A DNA stretch of 64,000 nucleotides from Perkinsus chesapeaki ATCC PRA-425 (GCA_013115145.1 JAAPAO010000100.1:1-64000), one strand, 5' to 3'; numbered from the stretch's first letter, positions 12,139-24,645 are shown. A program made the numbers and translations. Notes: a model not told the origin generated them from the sequence alone.

Positions 12139-13509
12139 TCATACAGGATTCACATCCGCCGCCACTTTCCTATGCATACGACAATAAAGGCACCAAGAGA
12201 GTAACGTGGAGGCAAGGCAGCCGGCAGCAGTGGCGTAGAAGGGTATCTTAAGGTCAGCATCATAAAGTGGACCGGCTAAAGACGTGCCAATTAACCTGCC
12301 AATGCCTTGAGAGAGAGTCATAAAGCCCATGAGCTCTCCCATTCTGGACTTGGGAGAAAGCTCTGCTACAATATTAGGCAGCCCAGCGTAAAACATTGAC
12401 ATGGTGGTGCTGAGTAGGACCCACTTTATGATAACATATGATACAAGCGACTTGAGTGCAAGTACCATTATACCGGTGCCAATGCCATTGATTAGTATAG
12501 AGAACGTGGTAACTATTGTGCTACTATAGTCGAGAGTGTTGCAGAGGTAGACAAAGAAGTATGTACCGAGAAGTATAAACACGCCATCCCCAAGGTAAGT
12601 GAATCCAGCGCCCATAGGGTCCAACCCGAAGACATCTCGGAATACTAGCGGGGCCACCAAGCCAAAGATCATAGTGCTGATGACGGCCAGACATGATGTC
12701 GAGTACAGTAAGGACGCGGCAACTTGGTCAACTGTGGTAGGCGCTGGCTCGTGGACCAAAGGAGCACGGAGTGTGCCACCAGGGCTTCTCGTGGAGACGT
12801 CAAAAGCCATGCATTCGTGATGTGATTCAGGCAGGTAGAGACAGAGCAGGATAAATGTGACAGCGGCCGCTGCGGCTACTATGAAAAATGGCGCAAACAG
12901 CCCGAGGGACGTGCAAAGGCCGCCAATTGCTGGCCCGGCCCCGATGCACAAACCAGGGATCATGTTGATGTAACCGAGATACGCGGTCCTCCTTTTGGGA
13001 TCGCGAACGGTATCCGTTGCATATGCCATCGCAACAGGGCGACCCCCTCCGGCTAGACCAGTGAGGAGCCGGAAAAATACAAACCACCAGAAGTGCCTGG
13101 TTAAACCCTGGAAAGTGTATGATATAGAGATGCCTAACATAGAGGCAAGAAGTAGAGGTCGACGCCCTAGCCTATCGGACATAAGGCCCATGATAGGCGG
13201 AGATATTGTCATACCAATTGCATGTGCCAATGATGTTAAAGAGTAGGCCTTGCCCAAACCAAGGGACTCGCAACCTGTAAGATGATACTCAGATTTCGGG
13301 TCCACCAGAACCGGTATAATATTCAGGGGTAGTGTCAAACCGACGAAGTCAATGAACACCACGGAGCACACCAGATAGACGCGGAACCGGAGCATGAAGC
13401 TCGATCTCGGCGGCACACCTGCCATGCTACCAGTACCGCTATAACGTTCAGGCATTTGATGATTAAATAAAACTGTGGTATGTCGAGCACAGGCACCCGA
13501 TTGAGGCAC
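12139..13509 (-). CDS. MFS transporter, DHA1/TetA-like, tandem paralog, intronless
   Basis: 456-aa ORF with GLMSDRLGRRPLLL. Shares GLAGGGRPVAMAY and GELMG..SQGIGRL with the neighbouring gene. Confidence 0.9.
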   Translation of the reverse strand: MPQSGACARHTTVLFNHQMPERYSGTGSMAGVPPRSSFMLRFRVYLVCSVVFIDFVGLTLPLNIIPVLVDPKSEYHLTGCESLGLGKAYSLTSLAHAIGMTISPPIMGLMSDRLGRRPLLLASMLGISISYTFQGLTRHFWWFVFFRLLTGLAGGGRPVAMAYATDTVRDPKRRTAYLGYINMIPGLCIGAGPAIGGLCTSLGLFAPFFIVAAAAAVTFILLCLYLPESHHECMAFDVSTRSPGGTLRAPLVHEPAPTTVDQVAASLLYSTSCLAVISTMIFGLVAPLVFRDVFGLDPMGAGFTYLGDGVFILLGTYFFVYLCNTLDYSSTIVTTFSILINGIGTGIMVLALKSLVSYVIIKWVLLSTTMSMFYAGLPNIVAELSPKSRMGELMGFMTLSQGIGRLIGTSLAGPLYDADLKIPFYATAAGCLASTLLSWCLYCRMHRKVAADVNPV

Positions 13510-14616
13510 TCACCGAAGGGAGGTGCGTTACACAATGACCCGATTGCGATCCAAAGGAAACTGGGAATGATTAATAAACTTGCGAGTCAATCACGCAGTA
13601 AATCTTGACGTCCAACGAATTAAGTCTCGGCTGTGAAACACAGGCCCGGCTTTGCCCAGGAGAGCTCCTCTTGGAGCTTCGCAGCCTCGGCCCGTGATAT
13701 GTTTTGGGTCAACCTATACCTACAAGTGCGATTCTACTACATGTCACTAACAACTACCGAGCTAACTCACCCGAACGTAACCCACACTTGCCGCGCTGTC
13801 CCCGTCTTTTCCCCACACCCAAACGCCGTATTCGGGAATCGCTCCCACAATTGGAATGCGGGGCATTCCAGCGATGTCCGAAGAGACCGAGTGTAGCGTG
13901 AGTCATAGAAGAAAGGAGAACCTGAACTGGTTAGTTGAGCACTAGTCTTCATATACGAGGAGACATTGTGCCAGGCTTGTATAGCTCACCTTGGCTGCCT
14001 TCTAGTTCATGCGGTGACACACATACAGCCCCACCTAAGCCTTGACGTTCAAAGTGTGGCAGTTGAGCATGCGCACGTATACGAGTAGCATCAACCTGAT
14101 CAGTGACCTCAATTACGGAACTGACGACGACCCACAGGATATCGCAAAGGCCTGTCACGTCTCAGCACGCATGAACAAGCTCGTGTTGACCGTTTTGCCC
14201 GCGAACTTGAAACGTAACAGGAGTCAGTATAGGTCGGCAGCATGGAGCTCGCAAACTATATTTACCCTGGCTGAGGCCTTACTGTAATATAATCCCAAAA
14301 GCGAGCAAGATGACGGGTTCCCAGCCACTCCATCACAACACGAGCTGCTTCCTTAACCTATACCAGTAAGGTGCGGTGGAGGAACCATATGCCCGTATCA
14401 GATGATGCCTACCGAATCATCCTCAACATGCCATGGTTGTTGTGCCACCTTAACTAATATCCGAAACGAGAGGGCATTGTCCGGGTCGAGCCCCATCGAG
14501 GATGCGTACTCCACTGAGAAGTCTATGATATCTTGCACTGCAGACCTACATAACAACAACAGCAGCAGTAAAACCACCTATAGGTGTACATGAATATAAT
14601 ATATCTTATACCGTTG

Positions 14617-15900
14617 TAAAAGTGCCTATTCGCGCTGTACTAGACTATTATGCCCTTCGCTATTTAAGCCGCTCCCACCCTACCGTATAGCCGGGGCAGT
14701 TGCCGGTATAAGACTCCTTATGGCCATCGGTCGAGAGAAGTCCACAACGTACTTATTACACTCCATCATTCTACCAGTTACACCTGACCGATCAGACTCC
14801 ATCTCTCCCTGCACTATACTCACGATCTACTCCTTTTAGTGTTTCTCGGCTCCTCCCTGAAGTAGAGCTCCCCCAGCTTAGGCTTGGCCCGAAGGTTAAT
14901 GTCCACACCGAACTTCCCCGAGTGTCCTGTGTCCTGCGGCAAACGTAACCCTGACAACAGACAGTTCCCTCCCAAGAACCATTTTCCCATAGAAGAGGAC
15001 GCGTCTCGGTAAAAGAGGAGCTTCCTACTCCGACCATCAAAGTAGGAACATCCCCCTTTCAGCCAAAGTCCGACTTCTTAACCTCGATTCATTGATTCTA
15101 GTCTTTATAGTGTTATTAGCATTATACTCTAATAATCCCATATGTTTATCTAACTAATAGTCTACAGTTAGATCCAATATGATCAAATCTCCCTCATCTT
15201 GAATTCTCTACCCTCACGATGTCCTCCCTCCGCCTCCTACTCATAATGCCCTCCAAAACATCCTTCTCAATATCATGCCTCGCCACGCCATCCTCCTCGG
15301 TCATATCCTCTGCAAACAAGTAGTTCCCAAGATACCTGACCATCACCACCCTAGCACATTCCCAAGCCTATTAGCAATACAGCTTGTAAGCATCCTCATC
15401 AGCAGGGCCAGGCACACTGTAAATGCACCATGGCATCGGTGGTGGGTTTCGTATATACCCCACCTTCTCCGTCTTGTTCATCCGCCTATATGCCTGCAGC
15501 GACCCCTACCTCATCGACCGCGTCCTTCCATTACCCAATCCTTCCCTTGAAAGTGTGCTCGCTCCATAGCTGAGTCAACCATCTTCTGGACGACAGGATC
15601 AGGATCAAATGTTCCGAAAAGATCAAAGACGGGCTCCCAGGTGGGCCGGTATGGACCTGCCCATCACGGTGCTGCCCTATACCCAGTAAAATCACCACGA
15701 ACCTCTCTACTTTATAATCTTTTAGACAGGCGTCTAGTACGGTTAAACTATAGGTCTACTGTATAAAAGCTCATGCCAATTCCCTTTTCCCACGATATTT
15801 CAGACTCGGGGACCCTTACCAGAGCGGAGCACAGTATCCTATGCTGCGACCCGAAGTAGGGCACCGCTGTAATAGCGCCCACGAGTAGCGGTTGGGTGTC
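14617..15900 (-). mobile_element. Degenerate 3' end of a chromodomain-bearing Ty3/gypsy-like LTR retrotransposon
   Basis: Minus strand reads a broken chromodomain-like YRAAP*WAGPYRPTWEP near 15630-15680. A purine tract GAAAGGGGGA (15051-15060) is immediately followed by TGTTCC, a candidate 3' LTR start at 15050. The distal LTR end (about 14617, TTTTACA) is tentative. Confidence 0.5.
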
Positions 15901-16250
15901 TAAATTCCTCTAGTCCAAGTAAGTTTACTACACAATACCAGACAAGCTATGCCGATTCATAAACAGTGATTATTAGCCCTTCCAACCATAGGCTACTATT
16001 CTGCTCTGCACTCCTCCAAATTAACTTAAAGTATCACGTTTTTGTGACCATTCCCTATCAGATTTGCGACTCTGTGCCCCTTTGGAGGACTGCAGCCCCT
16101 ACACAATCATGTAGCTACCCTGCCAACCAAACTAATGCAGCTTATGAAATGTGACTGGTTTTTTTCCACACAGGGGTTCCGAATGAGTTCTGATACATGC
16201 TTAGGACTGGCGAATCTCAGCAGGCCAAGATGGGGCACCCCAAGACCCTC

Positions 16251-16280
<30 letters not shown>
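16251..16280. repeat. (GAT)10 microsatellite
   Basis: Ten perfect GAT units. Confidence 0.95.
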
Positions 16281-16282
<2 letters not shown>

Positions 16283-16753
16283 GAAAGAAGACCACCGAAG
16301 CGTAGGTTCCCCATCCGGCCCCATGGTTGTATTACCGTTGGTATAAGATGGTGACCATGCCACTAGAACGTACACCGGTGCTTTAAACTCCAATATGTTG
16401 AGTACCTCATAGTAATCGGTTGGACATACTTCAATATAATCACAAGTCATAATAATAAGCAGGCCAGCGATGATGATATTGATAGGCAGTAGCAGTAGCA
16501 GCAGGAATCAACTGTAATGATGAGATACTACCCTTCCCTCCGTCAACGATTGCTCATCGTCCTCTTTTGGGCGAGCTCCCATTAACTGTCGATCCCTTCG
16601 TTAATAGCCGGCAGAATGGGACAGGGCCGCAAAGGGACAGCAGCCCACTACGGGAAATTAATAGTAATAACTCAAAGCCCACAATTGAACTATAGGAACA
16701 CCTTTAAGCATGCCGCAGACAGCAGCAGCAGAAGCCGCCGACGCCGCTAATCA

Positions 16754-18031
16754 TCATCTCCAACGACTTCCATGTTTATGTCTAACACTTCTACCAAGCT
16801 TAGCAGCCTTGCCTAACTGAGGCAGACTCTGCAACGTAGTATCCATTGTGGTCGAAGCAACGCCCTGGAAGTCGACATAATCGCTAAGAGAGCTCGTCGA
16901 GAGCATCTGACTGGCCTCCTCGCTCGTCATTGCCATAACATCCGTACTGACCTATCCAACATAGGACATCCCTCGTCTGCCTACTACCACTACCTACCTC
17001 CCGAACCCCCTCTAGGGCCGTACCCCCCTCAGAGCGAACCATCTTGATGCTGGATGGATGGGTCCCCGGCAATCGAGCCATCAACACCTACCAATCCCAT
17101 CTACAGTACTAGGGTGGCCTTCACTCCTGACCTGTTTTCCTTCCACTATTTCAACCCCGACCACCACAGAGCCGGTAGCCAAGTCCATAGCTGACTCGAG
17201 CAGGCAGAAGTTAGCCCGACCAAAAGCACTACAAGTGCCGTCAAACTCAAACGTCACATTGCGAGTCTGGCGACCAATGAAGAGATTTCCCCTCACTGAT
17301 GTGCCCGGAGGGGCCCTAAGGTACCTGCACGAGCGAGTTGACCGGCGGCCGATGGAAGCCCGAACAGGAAGCCTACAGGGAGCAATAACCAGTGGCTGCG
17401 TTGAAGTATCCTGATGGATAGAATACCAATCTAACTTGCTCGAGCCCAGCTATGGTAAACGAGCAGCTTTGCAGAGATCTTCCCTGGGCGAACGTCTACA
17501 AAGAACCATTAACAGACGGCTTGCCGAAGGACAAATTCCCCCAAGAAAATCAAACAGTATACCGATAAGGAACAATAAGCTGATATATAATACCATTGGT
17601 ATATCTATAGGTATAATACCACACCTATAGAAGCACACCGTCGCATACCCGGTACTACCGGTAACACTCCATCCAAGCCTCAAAAATGACACGTGCTACT
17701 ACTACCCGAGCCAAGACAGAGACATTCTCTATCTTCCATTCCACTCTCTTACACGACCTGTTCTTCATCTCCTCTACATACCGTCTCACCTAACATCATC
17801 AATGTTGCTGCTGCTGTTGCTATCTCTATGTAGCCTTACTTGATCAAGGACTCTATGACTGGTGTACCGCATAATATTGAGGGACTGTGGGAAGTCACCA
17901 CAAATGTTATCAAACTTGGGCAAGGGTACATTAGCGGGGTTCAAGGCAGCTAGAGGAAGAGGACTAAGATAGACACAACTCAACCGAAGGAGCATTAACC
18001 TCAAGGACCTGACGTAACTGCTTGGACCCAT
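16754..18031 (-). CDS. MATH/TRAF-like domain protein
   Basis: Spliced exons give RVEWKIENVSVLAR-TFAQGRSLQSCSFTIAGLEQVRLVFYPSGYFNAATGYCSL-YLRAPPGTSVRGNLFIG..FGRANFCLL..VGVEIVE. Confidence 0.75.
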
Positions 18032-18171
18032 CTGAGCATGCTTCTGATGGATGGATTTCTGCGAGAGTTACCAGCAGACATTTACTTTACACTTTTTATT
18101 ATAACAATCTCATCGAAAATGAATATAATGTAACTTAGGTCATTGAGTTCAGACTATTACAGATACCGGTA

Positions 18172-19963
18172 CTACACTAGCGCCATGCCCAGATACGAAG
18201 CAGGCACCCACCCCACCACTTCACCCATACCGTACTCTTCGCCCATCTCATTCGCCAACGCTTCCGCTAGCTCTTGAGGGCTCTTCAATGTCGACAATAA
18301 AGGCATATTAACTTGAATCTCGAGAATCTAAAGGATGGCCCTTCGAAAGAATAATTATAATACAGCGACTACCTCGACTCCAAGAGTGAGGGAATCCTCT
18401 ATCCAATCTGTGAACTGCTTCAATAGGAAGTCCATGCCACCGAATGCAGACATAGTGGCATTGAACGAATGCTCGTATCGGATCGATCGGTATCTAATAT
18501 CTTACCAGTCCAAGTGGCGCCTTAAGATCCTACTACCGGGCAGCAGCACTACCGCTGTGATCATCCCCATTGCTCGAGCCCCCCCATTTATCACCCACAT
18601 GCAGCTCGAAGACTATTCGAGTGCCAGCCGGGGCCCAGAGGAATAGGGAACAGTCAGAAGGCTGCTGTCGCTGATACTGAGACATGCCATCACCGCCAAC
18701 CCGGGGATCTAGAGAATCCTCTAGATTCTTCAATCGTTGAACTCTGACCTAGGAAGATTCATTCGAGGTCAACAAGTGAGCTAACGCACCTCCAACCGCA
18801 ATATGCCAGCCCCGCCCGCAGAGATAGGCGGGCTGAAGACTTGAGCGTTCCTAGGCTCCCCAAGCACTCGGCTAACTTCCTGCATTTTCCACTGCACTCG
18901 TCTCGTAGAGAGATTGTGCGCAACCTGCAGTGGATCCCTAGACGACGGACTAGCCTCTACTATTACAGTAATAGCATCACCGACTTGCTCTTCAACATTC
19001 TGCATCCTTTCTGTCAATGCCTTCTCTATACTTGCACTCCTATCGCTTACCATTTGACTAGCGGATTTAACCTGTAGTTAGACCGGATATGATACAGGGC
19101 TCTTCTGTGAAGAGGTATCTTCCCTCGATCAAGCTCTCCGCTGGCACTACAGCCCAGCTTTAAATGACTATCAGATAGGACAAAGTTCATACGTAACCTT
19201 GTACGTACGTATTTCTATTTTAGTACCGCACATCTCCGCGAACCACTTTACTCATACTATTCAGGAAGGCTCACCTCCTGCTCGAGTCTTGCCGCCGATT
19301 CCGCTGCCGCTCGCTGTATTTCCTCCGATTTCTCACGCGCCTCAGCTATCGCACCTGCTTAACAACCCACTCCCTTCCATCTCTATCGCACCATTACCTT
19401 TGATATCCGCTTCTAATGATGCCATAGTTTCCTGAGACACTCTCGCAACCTCGGCCAGGTTGTCCTTCTGCATCCTCCCCACTTTATCATCAACAATCGC
19501 CAAGAAATGATCCTGTCCCCAGGTAACCCTACCACACCTCTCTGGAGCTACCTCCTTCCCATCAAACCGTTTCTCGAGAGCTTTCATATCAGCCCGCGTT
19601 CGGTCCAGCGATTTCTGGAAGTCCGTCAGCTTGCTTGTCTGCTGCCTAATAATTTCACATACAACGCCAGTAGCCTCAACGCGTTACATTTCCTGCAACC
19701 GAATAGCCTCGGCAAGCTTCCTCTCCACTGTGAGACGGGAGTCGAGGGCTACTTTCTTAATCTGTTCGGGCAGGTCCATTTCTATACCTACAACAGCCTT
19801 TGGGATAGTACAGCCGCGTCGCTGTACTGGTTTTGAACTTTTCAATGTCCATTTTGAGAGGTCTCATCGCCGTCATAAAATCGCTCTTTTTGACCATCTC
19901 AATCATGCCTATAAGCTCGCTCCTTAATAGAGCTAAGTCTTCGTGTGTTACACCTTTAGGCAT
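18172..19963 (-). CDS. Coiled-coil protein with C-terminal MATH-like domain
   Basis: Helical N-terminal exons, then RVQWKMQEVS..VFSPPISAGGAGILRLEV, CSLFLWAPAGTRIVFELHVG and EHSF..FGGMDF..LTLGVE. Confidence 0.7.
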
Positions 19964-20343
19964 TCAACAGGGAAAAAGTCAATGTGCTTTGCAAAAAGCG
20001 CAAGATTAGTAGCGCGCGCCACAAAATCCGACCTCGTATAGGAAAATCCACTTCCGAACCGAAAACATTTACCGCGCGCTCAATAAACGAGGGCTTGGGC
20101 GATTCTGGGTTTATAGTAAACAGACAGATGCATCGAGAGATTCTATTGGTAGCCCGCTTGAGAGGATCTTTTGATGGCGTCCCAGTAGAGATAGATTAAT
20201 GCGAAGGGGAATGCTAAGATCATTCCGACTTCATGCTCGATACTCGGAAGGAAATTCCTGCCGAGCTTTGTGATGAGCTCGCATAACGAGTTCCTTCTCT
20301 CATTGATTAGTAGCTGGTTCTATTGGAAATACCCCATTCAGAA

Positions 20344-21333
20344 ATGACGTTGTCCCCAGATGATTCGCGATCGTCTTTCGAGACGTTCTCTGTCGCTGAA
20401 CTCGAGGTCATCATTCGACTTCCTTATGTATCTTCCTTTGATAACTTAGATAATCGTAACCCGACTCGATAGAAGTATTTCGGACTTGCGGCGTATGAAT
20501 AACGAGGAGGAAGCGCAACGGGAACTACTGACCGCTGAGAACAAGAAGCTCAATGAGGTACACGCCTGTATCTCCCATGAGTAACACAACGCCCCGCAGG
20601 CTTTGGCAACATTGATCGCTCGAGCCAATGAGCTTAGCATACAGTGGACACCCCTTCCAAAGGTCGAGGGTGACACAGGACTATCGGCTCTCCGACGCTC
20701 AATTGATCAGTCAGTTCGGCGCTGGATGGGGACTTACATCGGAGATAGACCAGTTGCAGTAAAAACAGCCGAAAAGCAACTGTGATTCCTCCTCAGAAAG
20801 TGAGCAAGAATATTGGAGAACTTCGGCCTCGACACCCAACTGTTGTACCTCCTCCTCCCCACGACGATAGCTCCGTGACATATTACGGAAGAGATAGGCT
20901 AGAACGGTCGGAGGCGCCGTGGGGAATCCTCCCACGATATCAAATATCCGATGCGGGCAACCCAGGACGAACGTGCATTGTAAAAAAAGAAACCGAACGC
21001 TCCACCAAGAGTAGCTCTCGATCACAGAGTGGTGGAGCGGTACAGCAGGCGATCTCTAAACAGTGTGAAGTTGAAAGTGATGACGAGGTCGAAGAAGGAG
21101 TGCTTGTCTCAATACCGCTGCGACTGAATAACGGTGGAATAGATACGCTGAGGCTATTTGCATGCGAGGCCCCTAAGGACGCGGCAAAACGTTTCTGCCA
21201 GAAGAATACTTTGGAAAATCGGCTTGTGAAACCGCTGGCAGCGAGGCTCGAAGAGTTAGAGGATAATGCAACAACTTTGCCGTTGCATCTGATAGAGCCG
21301 CAAGATCTTGCTGGATTACTAGATGATCATTGA
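20344..21333 (+). CDS. Hypothetical protein (short coiled coil plus C-terminal globular domain)
   Basis: ATG at 20344, short introns, terminal 183-aa ORF ending VSIPLRLNNGGIDTLRLFACEAPKDAAKRFCQKNTL. Function not assignable. Confidence 0.55.
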
Positions 21334-21530
21334 TTATGCTCATAGTGATATAAGTTTCATAAAGAAATATCGTGTTGCGTGGGGCGGATCAAGGTCGGAG
21401 ATTGGATCAGCCTCGTTAAGGGGTCTCGGAGACACTGTCTCCCCCATACGCAAGCAGATCCTGATGACAAGGAAGATCTAGCCTGCAAGGCTTATAGACC
21501 TCCGGTTCACGATCTCAAAGTCAATGCACT

Positions 21531-22679
21531 ATGCCTGCTACTTTACAGGAATTGCATGGTGTAATGTCAGACGTACCTCCTACTGCAAGCACACTATCGA
21601 GGAGTGTATCCGATTATACCACCCCTGACATCGAAAACTTACCACAAGTTTCACCGTCCTTATCATTGCGCGAGGGAGACAAGCAATCCACTCCTCCATC
21701 ATATCTTGGCTCGGTGCTATGCCTGATAGGAGTCCTGTTCTTCTCGTTTACACAGCTCTGCGCATACCTGGCCTCGAGCCGTTATTCTGCGTCTGAGATC
21801 ACGCTGGTGCGGTCAGCGATTCAAACGGTGGGAGCGACCCTCTTCGCCTTGGTGATTGGAGTGAATCCTATCGGCCCTTCTGGTCTTCGCTTAATGTGCT
21901 TCATCCGCGGATTCATCGGAGCTTTGGCAAACCTTCTTTTACTGTATGCAGTGGCTCACATGCCCATGGCTGATGCTAATGCCATTTTCTTTACCAACCC
22001 CATCTTCACCACAGTCTACGCTTCCCTCATACTAAAGCAGAGAGTTTCCGTACTGGAACTCTTCGCCCTTTGTATCGGTCTGGTTGGATCACTCCTAGTT
22101 GCTCGCCCTACTTTCATTTTTGCCACGGAGAATGAGACTGTAATTGGTGATCCTGATCCTGGTGTGCTGCTTATAAACATCTTTGGAGCAGCTCTAGCTG
22201 GTGCGGTCCCAGTCATTGTAAGTTTCATTGGTTCATCAGTTCACTACGTCTGCCTTGTATTCTCATTTGGTGCATGTGGTGCGCTTGAGAGTGCTGCAAC
22301 CCTTGGCCTGGGACTAGATACCAGAGACGCACCGGCAGCAGTAGGTAGCTCTACCATGGGCTATGTGTTCCTAGTAGGAACAGGGCTATTCGGCATGCTA
22401 TCCCAATTCTTCTATAACAAGTCGCTTCAATTGGAAAAGCCGCAGAACTGTGCCATACTTTTCCAGACAAATGTAGCATTAACTTTCCTGTGGCAAGCCC
22501 TCGTGAATGTTGACGAGCTCAGTTCGCTGAGTGTCGTCGGATCCCTGCTGATAGTGTGCTCGAGCTCTGCTATCCTCGGTGGGAGGGTAGTTACATCCAG
22601 AAGTGCATCGAGTGTCATGAGCGAACCGAAAGTCGAACGCATAGAGATATCTATAACGGCTTCTCAGCTGAAAGAGTGA
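21531..22679 (+). CDS. EamA/DMT-superfamily transporter (SLC35G-like), intronless
   Basis: About 10 TM segments, RGFIG..LLYAVAHMPMADANAIFFTNPIFT..LILKQRV and KSLQLEK motifs. The true start may be the ATG near 21564, after a pyrimidine-rich CAG. Confidence 0.9.
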   Translation: MPATLQELHGVMSDVPPTASTLSRSVSDYTTPDIENLPQVSPSLSLREGDKQSTPPSYLGSVLCLIGVLFFSFTQLCAYLASSRYSASEITLVRSAIQTVGATLFALVIGVNPIGPSGLRLMCFIRGFIGALANLLLLYAVAHMPMADANAIFFTNPIFTTVYASLILKQRVSVLELFALCIGLVGSLLVARPTFIFATENETVIGDPDPGVLLINIFGAALAGAVPVIVSFIGSSVHYVCLVFSFGACGALESAATLGLGLDTRDAPAAVGSSTMGYVFLVGTGLFGMLSQFFYNKSLQLEKPQNCAILFQTNVALTFLWQALVNVDELSSLSVVGSLLIVCSSSAILGGRVVTSRSASSVMSEPKVERIEISITASQLKE

Positions 22680-23190
22680 TTTGAAGCTCTAATTTGGCCA
22701 CTGTCTGACTGCGGGTAATGAAGAAGCCTATGAATACATGAACCATTTGGGCTGTAATAGTGAAAGAAGTGTAGAGTACAGTTGATACTTAATCATAATA
22801 TTTTATGACTCATATCACCAATTATCATAGTTCTTGGCCCGAAAGCAAACGCTCGCAGTGTAGATCGAACAGAGAGATTCTCGCACGCAAGTGGCATGGA
22901 ACCCAAATGCTTCAGGCTGAAACCTTCAGCGTCACACGACCTCTCGACGTCCTGAGCATGGACAGCGGTCTAGCACAAAAAGAGACTTTACGGAGTTGAG
23001 GAGCAATTCAAAGTCAGATTTTGAACAGGCTACTAACACCATTATACTTTATAGAAAATGTTATCCATTGTAATCGTATAGCTAAACCGAGCATTACAAG
23101 TTGTAATGTCTGGCTGTAATTTACAACTGCATAACGTGTACAGCTGGAAAAATGCGAGGCTTCCGGAGATGCAGGGGCATGACACTGGTC
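22300..23190. repeat. Segmental duplication block A (EamA 3' end plus downstream), copy 1
   Basis: Near-identical to about 31795-33000, except that about 22875-22955 is replaced there by an unrelated stretch of about 390 bp. Confidence 0.9.
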
Positions 23191-24499
23191 AGGGGGCATA
23201 TGCCCTCCTGGTTCTATGCCCTCCTGATTCTACTCAAGCGGTACCGACTGCATCACCAAATTGGTATCCGTGAGGTTGGTTAGCAACCCCTCAGCTCTAC
23301 CGCTTTCATCGAGATGGTCTCTAGCGAAGGAGCTCCGAAAGTTGTATTATCGGTTAGAGGATCATGCTTCACATCCTCTAGTAGAGGACATCTACCTGCA
23401 AGCAGATCCTTTCAAGATGCTGCATCTTAGATGCAACATCGTGCTATTTGCACGGTGCAGGCCTTATGTCATCCTAACGACCCAGCATAACGAGGCTGGT
23501 AAGAACGAGGTCATAAGGAGTTTGGAGCTCTACTCCGAGCATCAGCTATCGAAGACAAGGCCTCAGACCCTCGGTCGCTGAACAACGCTAAGAGATGGAT
23601 CAGTATGGCCGCCATACTATGGCGGCCTTCACTATAAATTGCCTACCGTACCCTGATGCAGATGATCCATCACAAATAACGATTCACTATACCCATAGCC
23701 TATGGAACCCATAGTATGGGCCATATGTATGCTGCAGAGCCCCTAACGGTATGGCGAAAGCCGTACCTTCGGTGATGATGCTAACGCAGTACAATAGGCG
23801 GGAGAGTGGTTAGGGAGCGGACTCCTTATTGAACACCTCCCAGCCGACTTGGCTGTCGTACGCCAAACCTTCTCTGGTGAACGGTCACTCTCACTGCGAG
23901 CACTACAAGATTTCCAAGATGAAGCCACAACCTATGGCTTCATTGAATAGCCTGTGGCCCACAGGATCCGAGATACGGCGCCGCTGATGCCTACTATGAC
24001 GCTGGACGAAGAAGAGGCAGCTGTCGGATCCAGCAGTCTAGGGGAGTGTGCCGAGTGTCGAGATTTTCGTCGAGGAAACAATGATTCTTGATAGTATCAG
24101 GCTGTTACTTTTCATTCAGATGGCAGGTCGGCCAGAGCAGAGTACATTGCAACGGCTTTAATGGCTGGTGTGGCGCAACTCAGTGCTCCCGCACTTGTAC
24201 TACTTTTTAAGGATAGGCGGCATCGAGACCTCTTCTTGAGGTGTCGCAGGAATCCTGCGGCAGGATCCATTAAACCTGGTAGACCGGTCCGCTAAGTATT
24301 GGTATACGTGACGATGGATAATAATAAGATATTCCGGAATTTGATACTTTTGTGCTGTTCTGTCGCCATTCGTGTATGCGTGCAGAATCTGCACTGCAGA
24401 TCACTGTGATACGCCACTAAGATACTTAAGCGCGCTACCGTTTTGTATTACCAGCCTTACAAAGTTAAGTTACAACTTAGTTACGAATTCATTAACCAC

Positions 24500-24580
24500 A
24501 ACCATTGTCAATGGTTAATTTTACAAATTCAATGGTCCATTGAATTTGTAAAAATTAAGAACACAACTTGTGTTCTTAAT
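24500..24580. repeat. Chain of three perfect inverted repeats, each with a 1-nt spacer
   Basis: 24500-24516 (8+1+8), 24519-24553 (17+1+17) and 24554-24580 (13+1+13), checked base by base. Confidence 0.95.
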
Positions 24581-24645
24581 CTTGGCACACTGAACCGTCA
24601 TTCGCTCACAGGATTACAATCATATCTTATATTAATCCACATTTA

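Noticed and set aside
14340-14460. IILNMPWLL resembling a gypsy aspartic-protease end
   Set aside because: A single short motif with no catalytic DxG or RT motifs, on the opposite strand to the nearby relic.
16107-16450. Poly-Ile and poly-Ser ORFs
   Set aside because: Explained by reading the (GAT)10 microsatellite in different frames. No coherent gene model.
23261-23581. RKLYYRLED..RCNIVLFARCRP resembling the kinesin-14 neck/motor start
   Set aside because: No downstream P-loop (GQTGSGKT) or switch motifs were found, so it is too short to support.
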